In this document: one piece after another, positions 22,936-36,325 of the stretch | How positions within the stretch are numbered: position 1 is the first letter of the stretch | Layout of the letters: each line of letters begins with the position of its first letter | Source of the DNA: Octopus vulgaris | Taxonomy: Eukaryota | Reading direction: 5' to 3' | DNA length: 64,000 nt | NCBI GenBank assembly: GCA_951406725.2 | Contig: OX597814.1 | Location: 199,144,001-199,208,000, forward strand | Program-made: the position numbers and the translations under genes | Notes under the pieces: generated by a model | The model's input: the letters and a program-made list of their open reading frames with translations, nothing else | Told to the model about the DNA's origin: nothing | Databases searched by the model: none

Positions 22936-25771
22936 AGTGAGTGTGTATTTTTGTGTTTGTACGTGTGTGTGTGTATGTATGTATGAGTATGTGTGTGTGT
23001 GTGCGTGATGCTAATTTCTAAGTACTTTCATGAAATAAAATGGGGGCAATCAATACATTATCATAAAGTAGTAGATAAATATTACTGCTTTGCCATCACT
23101 TTAAATTTCATGCTAAATAAAACACTGTTCGGTTTTTATGTAATTTTGTTGTTTTTTGCCTCTTAAAAGGAGGTTTTATTTAAGTATCGTTTATCCATGG
23201 CAGCGTGTCGTCAATTTTTATTTGCGCGTGCGCTGTAACTGTATAGGAAGATGTCGAGCGTCATTCGTATACGCATGCATACAGCACACAAGAACACACT
23301 CTCACACTCATGCACAAACACACACACACACACACGCACACGCACACACGTACACATGTATTCATGCACTCTAGAAATTCTGTAGAGTGTTACCTCATTT
23401 GACTTCCTGCGAAGCCAGCTTTATTTTTATGCCTATATAATACAAAAAAAACATGCATATTACACACACACACACACACATCCAATACACGCGCTCACTT
23501 ATGCAGATACATACGCACACAGGAGCATGTTCAAATAACGTACATTTACTGTTCTCTTCCCATTGTTATTATACATTTATGCAAGTGGACGGCTAATTTG
23601 TAGCCTTGTATATGGGGCGTTTGAATAAAGATATCATTCATAGGTTTTCAGGTAACAAAACCTGACTTTATTGCATAAAATGATGCCGTAGAATATCAAT
23701 ACACCATTGTAAATGGTAGAATCTAACCGAATGTATTTTCTTTCGATGTATTTTGATATTCTTTTGTTGTGTGTGTTATCAGAAATTTGAAGTTGCTTGG
23801 ACGTCTGTAGGTACTACACACAATGGACGAGGTACACTGCCTCAGCTTTAGGGAAGGAGCTTCATTTTGTTGCTGCTGCTGCTGTTGTTGTTAAGCAACA
23901 AGACAGGTAAGGGTGATAAGGTGATGGTCTAGGGTTTAGGAGCGAGAGACTCCAGACCTTGGGAAAAAAAAAGACTTTGGTCGTCTTGTTGTAGTCGAGG
24001 GCTCTTCGTTGACGCCCGACACCACTGGGAGCTGCCCCTCGAAGTCGCTGGAAATGGAGATCTCTAGGTCCAAATTCTTGAACGGCTGTTGCTGCTGTTT
24101 TCTTCTTCTTCCAATCAGGACTCATGCCATTAGCCACAAAGAATAATCTCTAATTCGAGCCTACTCTCTAAGCTACTAAGAATGCGTGTGGCAACTTGAA
24201 GATCCACCCACCACATGCGATAGACTGGCGGTTGCACGGGCGCGAAAGCTACGTTGTTATCCTCATTCCGTAAACGGTGGCTTTTTTAACGGGTGGAGAG
24301 CTGAACCATCCTGAGGTACAGAGGATTCGCAATCTAGACTAGGGTCTGAAAGTTTAGCACACCGTAGTGGGTTACACAATGGTTCGTCTGCTTTGTGGCA
24401 GAAGTAGGAAGAAAGAGTGAGAGAAAATTGTGGTGAAAGTGTGGAATCGAACTCACTGTTTTACGATCGCAAGCCGAATATTGTAACAACTAAGCTACGT
24501 ACTTCTTAATTTATATATAAGCTTATATTTTCTTAATTATTTTCCTCAATATTTTGACGCATTTGAATCGGGCATTTTAGGTAATATATTCAAACGTTTT
24601 GATGTAGCGAGGTTGTTATATCATGAACATTTGGCTCTCATCATAGCAAAATTAATAGAGAACCGCCTCGGGACACCTACTGTTCCTCATATAGACAAAA
24701 CAAATTATAAAGTTGGCAAGTTCAATATTTATCGCATAAGACACGAAATTATTGCTACATATACAAAGACAGGGTGTTTGCTTTATATAGGATTATATAT
24801 AGTTTCTTCGTGTCACGAGGCAATAATTAATATCTTGTCTGCTACTCAATCGAGTTTACATGTCTTCCGTTACGGAGAGGAAATTAAAAATCTTGTGTAC
24901 TAATATCAACCTGAAACGCTAGCCCATACATACACACATACATACATACACACATACATACACACACACATACATACATACACACATACACACACACACA
25001 CATACATACATACATACATACATACATACATACATACATACATACATACACTTCTCAAACAAGAAAGGAGAAAGCCGATTCGAAGATCCAAGCTATCACT
25101 GCACGTGTGAAAATTTGTCAAACTTTCCAGAAGTTTATCATTTAATTATATATGAGCATGGCTAGACATACAACTATATTCATAAAAATACATACGTAAA
25201 TCGAAACATACAAATCTGCAAATATACATACATACAAAAATATCCTGAGTATGTTGTTGAAATTCCAATGAAGGAGCCTTGAATGTAGGTTAGAAATCAG
25301 ATCTTTCTCCTTGGCAAGAAAACTGAATAATGACATACATATATACAAACATACATACATACAGTTTCTAAATCTTGATTAAAGATTTACATTTATACCA
25401 TTAATAATTGGTGCTGTTGGATTTGTAAGTAAATGCCTAAGTGACAGTTCGGATAAGCTTGGAGTTTCAGAAAAAGAAACCGACCTGCTAACTTACGCGT
25501 TACTAATACAATCTGTAAAGGATATCAGCAAAAATATACAAATTTAAAATGTGACGTTTTGTTTGTGTTATCTACGTTTCAACGATGGAGCTTTGTATTT
25601 TTGTTACATACCATCTCCTTCTCCAGAGAAAGAATTTAGATGATTAAAAGCAGAACATGCATACATACATATACACACTCACACAGGCACACACAAACGC
25701 TTACACACACATACACTCACACACACACACACACCAATATGTCTATCGATGGAACCTTGTACAGTAATACA

Positions 25772-26395
25772 TCAACCCAAATACGATGCAATGGTCTGTG
25801 TGTTTTTTTTTATTAGGAATTGCATGACGCAGGAGAAGTTTTATAACTGAAGTCATCTCAGGTCCAATGTGGAAAAATTATTCCACACCGAAGTACGAAC
25901 GGGTCCTTTATGAAATATTATTTACCCAAGATCGGAACAGGCAGCATGCGAATAGAAGGATTGATATGACTGATAAAGCAAGGGCTGAGCTTCTGGCGGA
26001 ACGGAGGGAAAGAGACAGAAGCCGGAGTGATCAGGAATCGGACTCCCGGAGAGCTGAGCGTCTGGCGAAACAGAAGGAAAAGAGACAAAAGCAGGTGACG
26101 TCATGCATCTGATGCTTATGTGAATACAAACGGAATAAAACTAGTTTTGCGTAAATCGGACCACGAGGTACTGAGATACGCGTCTTTTTTGTGGGGCGGG
26201 GGTTTCGGGTACCTTTATCAATAGCCAAACCGGCGTATAATGGGGGAAATGCTTTAAAAGTAAGGACACCATTGAAATGTGAATACACACGGAATAACAG
26301 AAGTTTCGTGTAAATCGGAACACGGATTCCTGAGATACACAGTTATTTGGGGCACCTTGAACTATCGGTGTCCCAACGGGTCACGGGTAGTCTAG
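25772..26395 (+). mobile_element. Non-autonomous Helitron (5' end uncertain)
   Basis: 3' hairpin gtgtccc-aac-gggtcac followed by CTAG|T at 26392-26396; internal 60-bp direct repeats (26120/26279); charged ORF 25867-26112. Confidence 0.65.
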
Positions 26396-27112
26396 TATTA
26401 TATATTACGTGTGTGTGTGTACAACAATTCGAACAACTCGTTGTGCATCCTTACTTAAAAATCTACCAAGTAAACTGTGCTAGTGAAGTTTGAAAATTGT
26501 ATGTATGATGTATCATTCAATAGAGCAGAGAACATACACAAATATACAACAATACTCTGGTATCTCGTAATTTCAAAGAAGCCATTAAATATAATAGATG
26601 ACCACAACCGACGAGAGAGAAGCGTAGAGAACGACAATGCAATATAATGTTCCAAATTCGGTACATATAACCATTCTCATAAAAGAAACATTTCTTGACC
26701 TTGTGAGAAAATATTATTCTTGACATTCGTACGGGAAAAGATTTAACACCAAATCGTTTAAAAAGAAAAGTTACTCAACACCTCTGAACAGCAGCGTCAT
26801 TATAAAATCCATAAATAATTTAAATAAAACAGTAAAACTCGGAAATGCAAGTACCATTCTCTACCTGTATGTCCAGTAAACGGAAACTGACAGAATGAAT
26901 CTGTTACATATGCGGCCACTATCACCTCTCATGTTAACACAAATGGCTTTCATTATATAGATATAACAGCAAAGAAAATTTAGGAGCTGACACCATCTAT
27001 ATAATTATATATATTTAGAACATTTCAAAGAAGAATTGATACGAAACTTACATTATATGTACGGTTGGTGAAAGATATGCTTCTAAGTTAAAAGTTTTAA
27101 TAGAGTGCTTCA

Positions 27113-27641
27113 TAGAGGGTTGGCCAAACGTCACCCGACAGTAAATCAAAATTCTTTAAATACTATCTGTAATTCTGTATTGACTCGAATGGGAAAATGT
27201 GTCGCTTAAGAAGGACTTCTGTTTGAACTATTTTCATGATCTGTTGTGTCTGGGGAGAGTCATTTTCTTTTTGTGCCTTATAATTTAACACATTCACCGG
27301 TAAAATTTCCACTTAACGAACAGAGTCAAGACTATTGAAAAGGTTGCAAGGCGCAACGAGAATTTTAGGAAAATAAAAATAAGTAAAAAGTGGTAATTTT
27401 ACCGGTGAGTGTGTTACATTATAAGGCACAAAAAGAAAATGACTCTCCCCAGACACAACAGAATATGCTTCAACACACGAACTCATATAAAGAATCTTGC
27501 AAACCAAATCCAAAAACGAAATTTTCATGATGTCTCATATTTAGATGATTTTATTAAATTTATTCGGTTGTTAAACATAAATAAATCTTGGAATTAAACG
27601 ATTTTGATTTACTGTCGAGTGAACTTTAGCCAAACCTTGTA
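27113..27641. mobile_element. Old Tc1/mariner-type MITE carrying a nested fold-back insertion
   Basis: Imperfect ~38-bp TIRs (..ggttggccaaacgtcacccgacagtaaatcaaaat / attttgatttactgtcgagtgaactttagccaaacc..) bounded by TA. Confidence 0.65.
27241..27520. mobile_element. Penelope-like fold-back insertion with 11-bp TSD attttcatgat
   Basis: 27241-27313 is the inverse of 27388-27461; same family at 59314. Confidence 0.75.
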
Positions 27642-28102
27642 TATATGGAATTAAAGATTTTCTGCATGTCTTTGCACTGGAAAGCGCTAAGGATATTCAA
27701 GACATGCGTGTGTAGCAATGAAACTCGGATTCGGCCCCACTGCGAGGCACGTTCAATAAGTGTGCTCTATATTACAATACCGAATCCACAAATCACTTGT
27801 GAGTAAATTCCGTTGACAGAGACCGTGAGTGTGCCTTTTTGTTTATGTTTGTCTCTCACCACTTGACAAACAGTATTGGTTTGTTTACATCCCCATAACT
27901 TAACTATTTGGCAAGAGGAAACAGAGTAGGTACTAAGACTGGTTGTTATCGACGAAATGCTACAAGGCAATGCGCTAGTATGACTGCAGTACAATGAATG
28001 AAAAAAAGTAAACCTGTAAATGAAGTTTGTGTGCTTACCTGCGCGCGCGCGCGCGCGTGTCTGTGTGCACAAACGTCTCAGTATATCATATCCGTCTTTA
28101 TA

Positions 28103-28332
28103 GGCGGCGAGCTGGCAGAAACGTTAGCACACCGGGCGAAATACGTAGCTGTATTTCGTCTGTCGTTACGTTCCGAGTTCAAATTCCGCCGAGGTCGACT
28201 TTGCCTTTCATCCTTTCGGGGTCGATAAACTAAGTACCAGTTACGCATTGGGGTCGATGTAATCGACTTGATCCCTTTTTCTGTCCTTGTTTGTCCTCTC
28301 TGTGTTTAGTCCCTTGTAGGTAGTAAAGAAAT
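28103..28332 (+). mobile_element. SINE family A monomer with TSD tatatcatatccgtcttt
   Basis: Full head and body, 18-bp flanking direct repeat. Confidence 0.92.
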
Positions 28333-28502
28333 ATATATCATATCCGTCTTTGTTTTTGTATATCCATTTTATACAATTCTTTATTTCGCTTAACATGCGA
28401 TACTACCTGCTGATGTGAGTGGTATCCCATGTCCCAATAAGAGTAACATCAGACCGCAGTCCTATCCATATGCCTATTCCTTTTAATATTCTTCTCATTT
28501 AA

Positions 28503-29010
28503 GGCGGTGAGTTGGCAGAATCGGTAGCACGCCGGGCGAAATGCGTAGCCGTATTTCGTCTGCCGTTACGTTCTAAGTTCAAATTCCGCTGAGGTCGACT
28601 TTACTTATCATTCTTTCGGAGTCGATTAAATAAGTACCAGTTACGCACTGGGGTCGATATAATCGACTTTATCCGTGTGTCTGTCCTTGTTTGTTCCTTC
28701 TGTGTTTGGTCCATTGCGGATAGTAAAGAAATAGGTATATCGTCTGCTGCTACGATCTGAGTTCAAATTCCGCCGAGGTCGACTTTGCCTTTCTTCCTTT
28801 CGGGGTCGATTAAATAAGTACCAGTTACGCACTGGGGTCGATATAATCGACTTAATCAGTTTGTCTGTCCTTTTTTGCCCCCTCTGTGTTTAGCCCCTTG
28901 TGGGCAATAAAGGAATAGGTATTTCGTTTGTCTTTACGTACCCGCTATGCACTGTGGTCGATATAATCGACTGGCCCCCTCCCCCAAAATTTCGGGCTTT
29001 GTGCCTCGAG
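28503..29010 (+). mobile_element. SINE family A tandem array (head plus about 2.5 units)
   Basis: Junctions near 28731 and 28913, unit about 183 bp. Confidence 0.88.
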
Positions 29011-29270
29011 TATAATAGAACATTCTTCTCAGTTTCAACTTTATGCAATTTGATTACCATTTTCACTTTCCTTCAGTATCTTCCATCTTATTTCAAGATA
29101 CTGTTCGATCTTTAATCAATTTAAGAGTAAATTATCCCATTAATAAATCAATTAGCCAGTATAGAGAAACACTCTAGGCAACGCAGTGGAGAGAGAACGG
29201 TTTCTATGGAATACACATTTCTTTTACATTTTCTGTTTTTAGTTACTATTCTCTTCTCCAGTAAAACTTA

Positions 29271-29455
29271 TTAGTTAGTTAGTTAGTTAGTTAATTTTTG
29301 GCTCAAAAGCAAATAGCAAGGCCATGTAGGGGGACATGGAGTTAAGTACAGGGTGGTGTTCATGTAAAGAGTTCAGGCCACTTGAGGTCAAGGGAGACTT
29401 TGAACAAAGCGGTCGTCGGCATCTTCACCATCTCGTCTGGCAGCTTGTTCCACGC
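29271..29455 (-). mobile_element. 5'-truncated CR1/L2-type LINE 3' end with (CTAA)n tail
   Basis: Minus strand AWNKLPDEMVKMPTTALFKVSLDLKW (WN.LP..FK..LD motif), short UTR, (CTAA)n. Confidence 0.8.
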
Positions 29456-29707
29456 TTCTCTCATCGTTTGTTAATAAACTTCACCAACTGAAAGTGCGAT
29501 GCTATAGTTAAACAGTAAACATATATTTAGGCAACAAATTCACTGAGTCGTCAGAGCGTTGGAACATAAAACTGTTCAGCATTTATTGGACTTTCTACTT
29601 TCAAATCTATCTGGACTCATCCTTACTTTTCAACCTTCCGGAGTCGATAAACAAGTACTAATTAAGTCTTATCCATAAACCTTTTTTTTAATATTCTTCT
29701 CATTTAA

Positions 29708-29955
29708 GGCGGCGAGCTGGCAGAAACGATAGCACGCCGGGCGAAATGCTTAGCGGTATTTCGTCTGCCGTTACGTTCTGAGTTCAAATTCCACCGAGGT
29801 TGACTTTACTTATCATTCTTTCGGAGTCGATTAAATAAGTACCAGTTACGCACTGGGGTCGATATAATTGACTTAATCCGTTTGTCTGTCCTTGTTTGTC
29901 CCCTCTGTGTGTAGCCACTTGCGGGCAGTAAAGAAATTAGAAACGTTAGTACGCT
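29708..29955 (+). mobile_element. SINE family A, local duplicate of the 28503 copy
   Basis: Shares the 5' flank taatattcttctcatttaagg and the diagnostic gactttacttatcattctttcggagtcg. Confidence 0.85.
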
Positions 29956-30227
29956 GTAGGACGGGGAAATTATTGAATCGATGAATAGATGCCTTTAGGA
30001 ATTCATAGTCTTATGCATCTCAGATAAAATCTGGCTGTGGTCTTCGGACCTAATCCTTGGTTCCATTTAACAATTCTACCTAGATGCTTGATGCGTTTTG
30101 CAGTGTTCACTTTGTTACAGACATTCGGCCTTAGTCTTCGATTTAAAGATTCCCTCGCTTCCTTTAGTAATTGATGCTTTAAAAAGGGCCTTGAACACTG
30201 TCTCTCTTTGCTTCAGACTAAACGATT

Positions 30228-30644
30228 GGATCTTTTCGGTTTGAACGGCAGTTTTTCTAGCGGTGTCATATGAAATTGCCACCCATAATTATGACCCTAG
30301 TATCGATCTATTGAATTTCAATCTGCTTTAGGGTTAGGGTTAGGAGTGGAGGGAAGGGTATCTTTTTTTCTTCAGAAATGTAAATAAACCCAATCTGTTT
30401 CTTAAACGAGGGACATATTCATACGGCACAGAATGTTGTTTACCTCAATGGACGTCAGTGATTGGTTGAAATTGCAGAAATTGAAGAAGAAAAAACAACA
30501 AATATCTTACAAACTATAGAATTTTCTCAATAAAGCCAAGAGAAAAATATGTTTTATAAACATATTCTACCAGTATACGAAGTTTAAAATTTTTTAGTTA
30601 CCTAGAAATTATGTTAAAAACTGCCGTTCAAACCGAAAAGATCC
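30228..30644. mobile_element. Merlin-like MITE, second copy in opposite orientation, 8-bp TSD aaacgatt
   Basis: Perfect TSD at 30220-30227 and 30645-30652; same TIRs as 16871. Confidence 0.9.
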
Positions 30645-30981
30645 AAACGATTTTAATAGAATATATACAGGTGAAGTAAATAGGGATATAATTCATCCAA
30701 CCATTTTCGCCGTCCACTAGTAGTTGGAGTAGGGACCTCGTGATTCCCATTCGTAGGGTCCTGCCGGCTGGATTCCCAAATAAGACTATGGATATAGTCA
30801 AACGATTTCGTTCCTAGTCTATTCCTAAGTCTGCCGAATGGCTCGACTTGAAAAAGCTGTCTTGAGAAAGATTTACACGAAACACATTCCTTAAATACTT
30901 GAATATTTATTACAAGCAAACGCTTGAACACGAACACGCAGCAGACACAAACACACGTGCGCACGCACACACACTCACACG

Positions 30982-31032
<51 letters not shown>

Positions 31033-31694
31033 ACACACACACACATACGCACTCATGTTTAGCCATTCGGCCGAACACACGAACACATCTGCACGCGTTT
31101 TGGAATACACGTGTCGGAATGAGCATAAGAGATGCAGCAATGACACATGACAAGTTATGCAAACTGAATACGTGAAAGATTTTGTCGCCAATTTGATTTT
31201 AACAACCGCTACAGATGGACAGGAAAACATTACCCGAAGAGAAGGAAAAGGTGAAAACATTAATACTAAATTGAAGGAATAATCTCCAGCTAATGTTTAA
31301 AGTATTATAGACTCTGTATTCCAGTTTTGAGTTCACTATTACTTATATTGCTTTCATTCCAATATACAAGCTTACATACATACATACATGCCTAAACACA
31401 CATACACACATACATGCAAACATACTTACATACATGCATATATAAATCCTATGTTTACATACATAATATATACATATAGGCAAATCCAAGAACAAAACAA
31501 ATGCAGGGGAAAGACAACGAAAATTCAATTGGACGCGCACAATGAATGGATAAATAGATAGAAAGAGAGGTGGGGAGATAGGTATATAGATAGATAGCAA
31601 GATAGATATATAGATAGATAAACAGATAGACAGACGGACAGATGGATGGATAGACCGACACAGACAGACAGATAGCTAGCTAGATATATAGATA

Positions 31695-31810
31695 CGTTTC
31701 TTTATTAGCCATACAGGGCTGAACACAGACGGGACAAATTACAAAGTAGAGCTTTTCTTTTTGGGGAGAACAAAAAAGTGGTGTAGGTTTACGATCAAAA
31801 GGGATCGTGG
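31695..31810 (-). mobile_element. Short 3'-end fragment of the same Tx1 family next to a decayed GATA/GACA tract
   Basis: gtttctttattagcca..cagggctg..caaattacaa..gtagagcttttctttt..cgatcaaaagggatcgt matches 10602-10728. Confidence 0.85.
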
Positions 31811-32299
31811 AGAAGACAAAGAAGCTATTTCGGAGAGGTTCCTACTTTAATGTAACTAAGATAAAATGTATACTGTATGAATGTAAATGAAAGAGGGCCT
31901 TGCATTAAAAAATTCAATACTCATCTGCTATCACGGTACAGCACATATATTTGAAAGTGTGTGTATATACATGTATATTTCTGTGGATGCACATCTCTGT
32001 GTGTGTGTGTGTGTGTGTGTGCGTTTGTGTTTACACACGGATCACTATTGAAGATTTAATAATAATAAACATAAGGTGCAGAACGAAATATACCTAGTTC
32101 CACGTCCTATTCCTTTGTTCATACGCAGACGATCCGAGTGATAACATTTAAAAAAGCTTGGCTTTCTAAATCCACGATTGTTGGATTGTATTAACAACCC
32201 TCACAGTAGCAGCATTTATATGGAACTTTATGAGCTGAAGAGCGAAACATAATAGGGTCTCAGATTATATGAAAATAGCAGCCGAATTTCCTTCAAATT

Positions 32300-32685
32300 A
32301 CATCTTTAATATCCCTAAAAGAACGAGATGGTCATGGCTGGAATGTATAAGATTGCATTTCTGAGCTATTGAACAGGAACATACAGCAACAAATGATAAT
32401 TCAACGCCTTTAAAACCATGAAGGTACATTTAAAAATATCACCTTTAATTTCCCAAAAAGAGCGAGATGGTCATGGCTGGAATGTATAAGATTACATTTC
32501 TGAGCTATTGAACAGGAGCATACAGCAACAAATGATATTTCAATGCCTTTAAAATCATGAAGGTACATTTAAAAATATCACCTTTAATTTCCCCAAAAGA
32601 GCGAGATGGTCATGGCTGGAATGTATAAGATTACATTTCTGAGCTATTGAACAGGAGCAAACAGCAACAAATGATATTTCAACGC
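32300..32685. repeat. Tandem repeat, 139-bp unit, about 2.8 copies
   Basis: gagatggtcatggctggaatg at 32325, 32464 and 32603. Confidence 0.92.
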
Positions 32686-33268
32686 TCATATGTTTAGTAC
32701 TCTTGAACTAAACATGTTGGAAAAGCTACTACGAGGGTAGGATATCTTTTAGAATGTCACTACTCCCAGCTACTTAATTATTAATTAAATATTAAAGAGA
32801 GCAAGAAGCTCAGAAATGGCGACAGCATCGTGGAGTAGTTTGTCTTGAGGCGGTGATGTAGGTGGTGGCTTCAATGAGCGAAATAAAGATTTGTACAAAA
32901 CGGATATAAAGAAGCAAAGACGGATATGATATACTGAGACGTTTATGCACACACATACACACACTCAACCACGCGTGCACACACATACACACAACCACGC
33001 GAGCACACACACATACAGACACACACACACACACATGCACACATGCACACACACACACACATACACGCAGGCAAGCACACAAACTTTACGTCTGTAGTAA
33101 TGTATGAAAGACTATAGAACTATATTTATTGTATGTATATATGTGTGTATATGTTTGTGCGTGTGTATATATGTGTGCGTGTGTGTGTGTATATGTGCGT
33201 GCGTGTGTGTGTATATATATATATATATGTGCGCGTGTGTGTGTATGTGTGCGTGTGTGTGGATATAC

Positions 33269-33307
<39 letters not shown>

Positions 33308-33366
33308 TCTATGCGTGTTTATATATGTAAATAATGCAATGTAGCATGATTACATATGATTAATAA

Positions 33367-33403
<37 letters not shown>

Positions 33404-33833
33404 CATATAAAATGTATGTGTGTGTGTGTATCATGTGTGTGTCATGTGTGCGTGTATTTATGTACGTGCGTATATATGTATGAGCGAATGTGTATGTGTG
33501 CATAACTGTTTGATTTCTATTCAAGTTTTTTGTAATAATCTATATACACTGAGAAATAAAAAAATTTGCACAATTGAGGAATTATAAAACGGGAAGGGAT
33601 TTAAAGAGCGTGCTAATGGCGTGCGAGTTGTCATGGAAACTGTTACCAAGAGAAACTAGACATCCTTGTCAATTGCTGCAATATTCTGTAGTCTGTTGTG
33701 CTGCAGCAGTTAATGTGACAATCATAGAGTTTGCGCTCCTGTGTTGGCATTCTAGTAAAATGTGCGACCAGACTTAGTTTTCGAAATAGTTAATCGCTGA
33801 TCACTTACAACCGAAGATTGCTATATACATTCT

Positions 33834-33870
<37 letters not shown>

Positions 33871-34130
33871 TATGCACACCTCCCCCGACACATACATACA
33901 CAATGATTACTCCAATATTTTTAATTGTGATTATATTTAATATTTTATTATGTGTTTGTGATGTGTCTAACTATCTATCTATCTGTCTGTCTGTCTGTCT
34001 GTCTATCTGTCTGCCTGTCTGTCTGCATGTCTGCATGTCTGTCTATTTATCTACCTATCTATTTATGTTTGTCTATACATACAGACAAACAGACAGACAG
34101 ACAGACATACGTACATACATGCGAACATAT

Positions 34131-34286
34131 ACTCTTTTACTCTTGTACTTGTTTCAGTCATTTGACTGCGGCCATGCTGGAGCACCGCCTTTAGTCGATC
34201 AAATCGACCCCGGGACTTATTCTTTGTAAGCCCAGTACTTATTCTATCGGTCTCTTTTGCTGAACCGCTAAGCGACGGGGACGTAA

Positions 34287-34345
<59 letters not shown>

Positions 34346-34477
34346 TACGACACTCACAAGGCATTGGTCGGCCCGGGGCTATAGCAGAAGACACTTGCCC
34401 AAGATGCCACGCAGTGGGACTGAACCCGGACCTATGTGGTTGGTTAGCAAGCTACTTACCACACAGCCACTCCTGCG

Positions 34478-34480
<3 letters not shown>
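34131..34480 (-). mobile_element. SINE family C
   Basis: Family consensus match with internal deletion. Confidence 0.85.
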
Positions 34481-34524
<44 letters not shown>

Positions 34525-34749
34525 AGAGAGAGAGAGAGAGACAGGAGTGGATGTGTGGTAGAAAGATAGCTTCTCAACCACATGGTTCTGGGATCAGTTC
34601 CACTGCTGGGCACCTTCGGCAAATGTCTTCTTATATAGTCTCGGGGTGACCAAGGAGTGGGAAACTGAAAGAAACCCTTCCTGTGTGTGTGTATATATAT
34701 ACATATATATGTGTGTGTATATATACATTTATATATATACATATATATA

Positions 34750-34815
<66 letters not shown>

Positions 34816-34817
<2 letters not shown>

Positions 34818-35213
34818 CGTAGGAGTGGCTGTGTGGTAAGTAGCTTCTTTACCAACCACACGGTTCCAGGTTCAGTCCGGGCAAGTGTCCCTTCCTATAG
34901 TTTCGGGCCGACCCAACCCTTGTGAGTGGATTTGGTAGACGGAAACTGAAAGAAGCCCGTCGTATATATATATATCTGTACATGTGTGTATATGTTTGTG
35001 TGTCTCTGCTTGTCACCCCCAACATCGCTTAACAACCGATGCGGGTGTGTTTACGTCCCCGTAACTTAGCGCTTCGGCAAAAGTGACCGATAGAATGAGT
35101 ACTAGGCTTACAAAGAATAAATCCTGGAGTCGATTTGCTCGACTAAAGGCGGTGCTCCAGCATGGTAACTGTCAAATGACTGAAACAAGTAAAAGAGTGA
35201 AAGAGTAAAAGAG
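34816..35213 (+). mobile_element. SINE family C, near full length
   Basis: ggcgtaggagtggctgtgtgg..gaaacaagtaaaagagt. Confidence 0.9.
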
Positions 35214-35301
35214 TATATACATTGATAGAAATGGAAAGACAACAAAAGAATGAAAGAGACCTCGATATTATGTAAACAGAGGAATTTATCTCTAAATGTA
35301 A

Positions 35302-35798
35302 TATGTGACAAACATTCGGTAGCCATGATAAAACTCCGAGTTTCGGATGTCGAGGCGGAAACCCACGCCGGCATCTCTTCAGTTGTCGGGCCATCAAAAA
35401 AATGCTATGAAAATGATTGTTAAACAAAGGGAAATTACTGTGTGATTGACCGTTATTAAGACAAAAGATCTATTTGAATGACCGCTAAGTAAGGAGAGGG
35501 AGTAAAGGTAAGGGAGTAAAAAAGTTCATAGCAAAGAACATGCGCGCTTACGCGATTGGTGTGAACTTTTTTTATTTCCTTACTTGTACTCCCTCTCCTC
35601 ACTTAGCGGTCATTCTAATTGCTCTTTGTCTTAATAACGGTCAAACACACAGTAATCTTCCTTTGTTTAGCGATCATTTTCACAGCACTTTCATTTTTGT
35701 TTTATGGCCCCATAACTGAAGAGATGCCGGAGTGTGTCCCCCCCCCTCGACATCCGAAACTCGGAGTTTAATCATGGCTACCGAATAATTGTCACACG
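35302..35798. mobile_element. About 500-bp fold-back element with ~230-bp arms
   Basis: tgtgacaaacattcggtagccatg..aaaagttca / tgaactttt..catggctaccgaataattgtcaca. Confidence 0.85.
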
Positions 35799-36005
35799 TA
35801 TGTATGTATGTGTGGTATTTGTGTCTGTGTTTGTCCCTCCACCATCGCTTGACAACTAATGTTGGTATGTTTACGTCCCCGTAACTTTGCGGTTCGGCAA
35901 AATATATCGATAGAGTAAACACTAGGCTTACGAAGAATAAATCTTATGGTCGATTTCTTCGACTAAAGGCGGTGCTCCAGCATAATATTATATTACATGT
36001 AACAT

Positions 36006-36074
<69 letters not shown>

Positions 36075-36081
<7 letters not shown>

Positions 36082-36325
36082 ATCATGTAACCGACCAGGC
36101 TATCAGATGTTACTACACATCGCTAGTCACAATGCGCTTCGCATTGTTTTAGCCTTCAAATAACGCCACCCCGCTGGCTAAGCGAGCAGGTCAACAGAAG
36201 ACAGAGTGAGAGAAAGTTGCGGCGAAGGAGTACAGCAGGGATCGCCACCAGCCCTGCATGGGAATCGAAACCGTGGTCCCACGACCACGTATCCACTGTC
36301 CTAACCACTGGGCCACTGCGCCTCC
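36075..36325 (-). mobile_element. SINE family B (tail type 1, internal deletion)
   Basis: Reverse match to the 3663 copy; between (TA)n and (CA)n. Confidence 0.85.

Noticed and set aside
23860-24390. GC-richer block, possibly a retroelement 5' region
   Set aside because: No termini, second copy or protein motif found; left unassigned
25567-25630. Minus-strand ctggaga..gatgg/ccatc..GAAACGTA HHR-like motif
   Set aside because: The core is mutated and stem I does not pair convincingly; too decayed to call
30328-30344. TTAGGG repeats as a telomere or fusion site
   Set aside because: Only about three units, internal to a MITE present twice
32230-32255. CTGAAGA-GC-GAAAC as a hammerhead
   Set aside because: No stem II is possible
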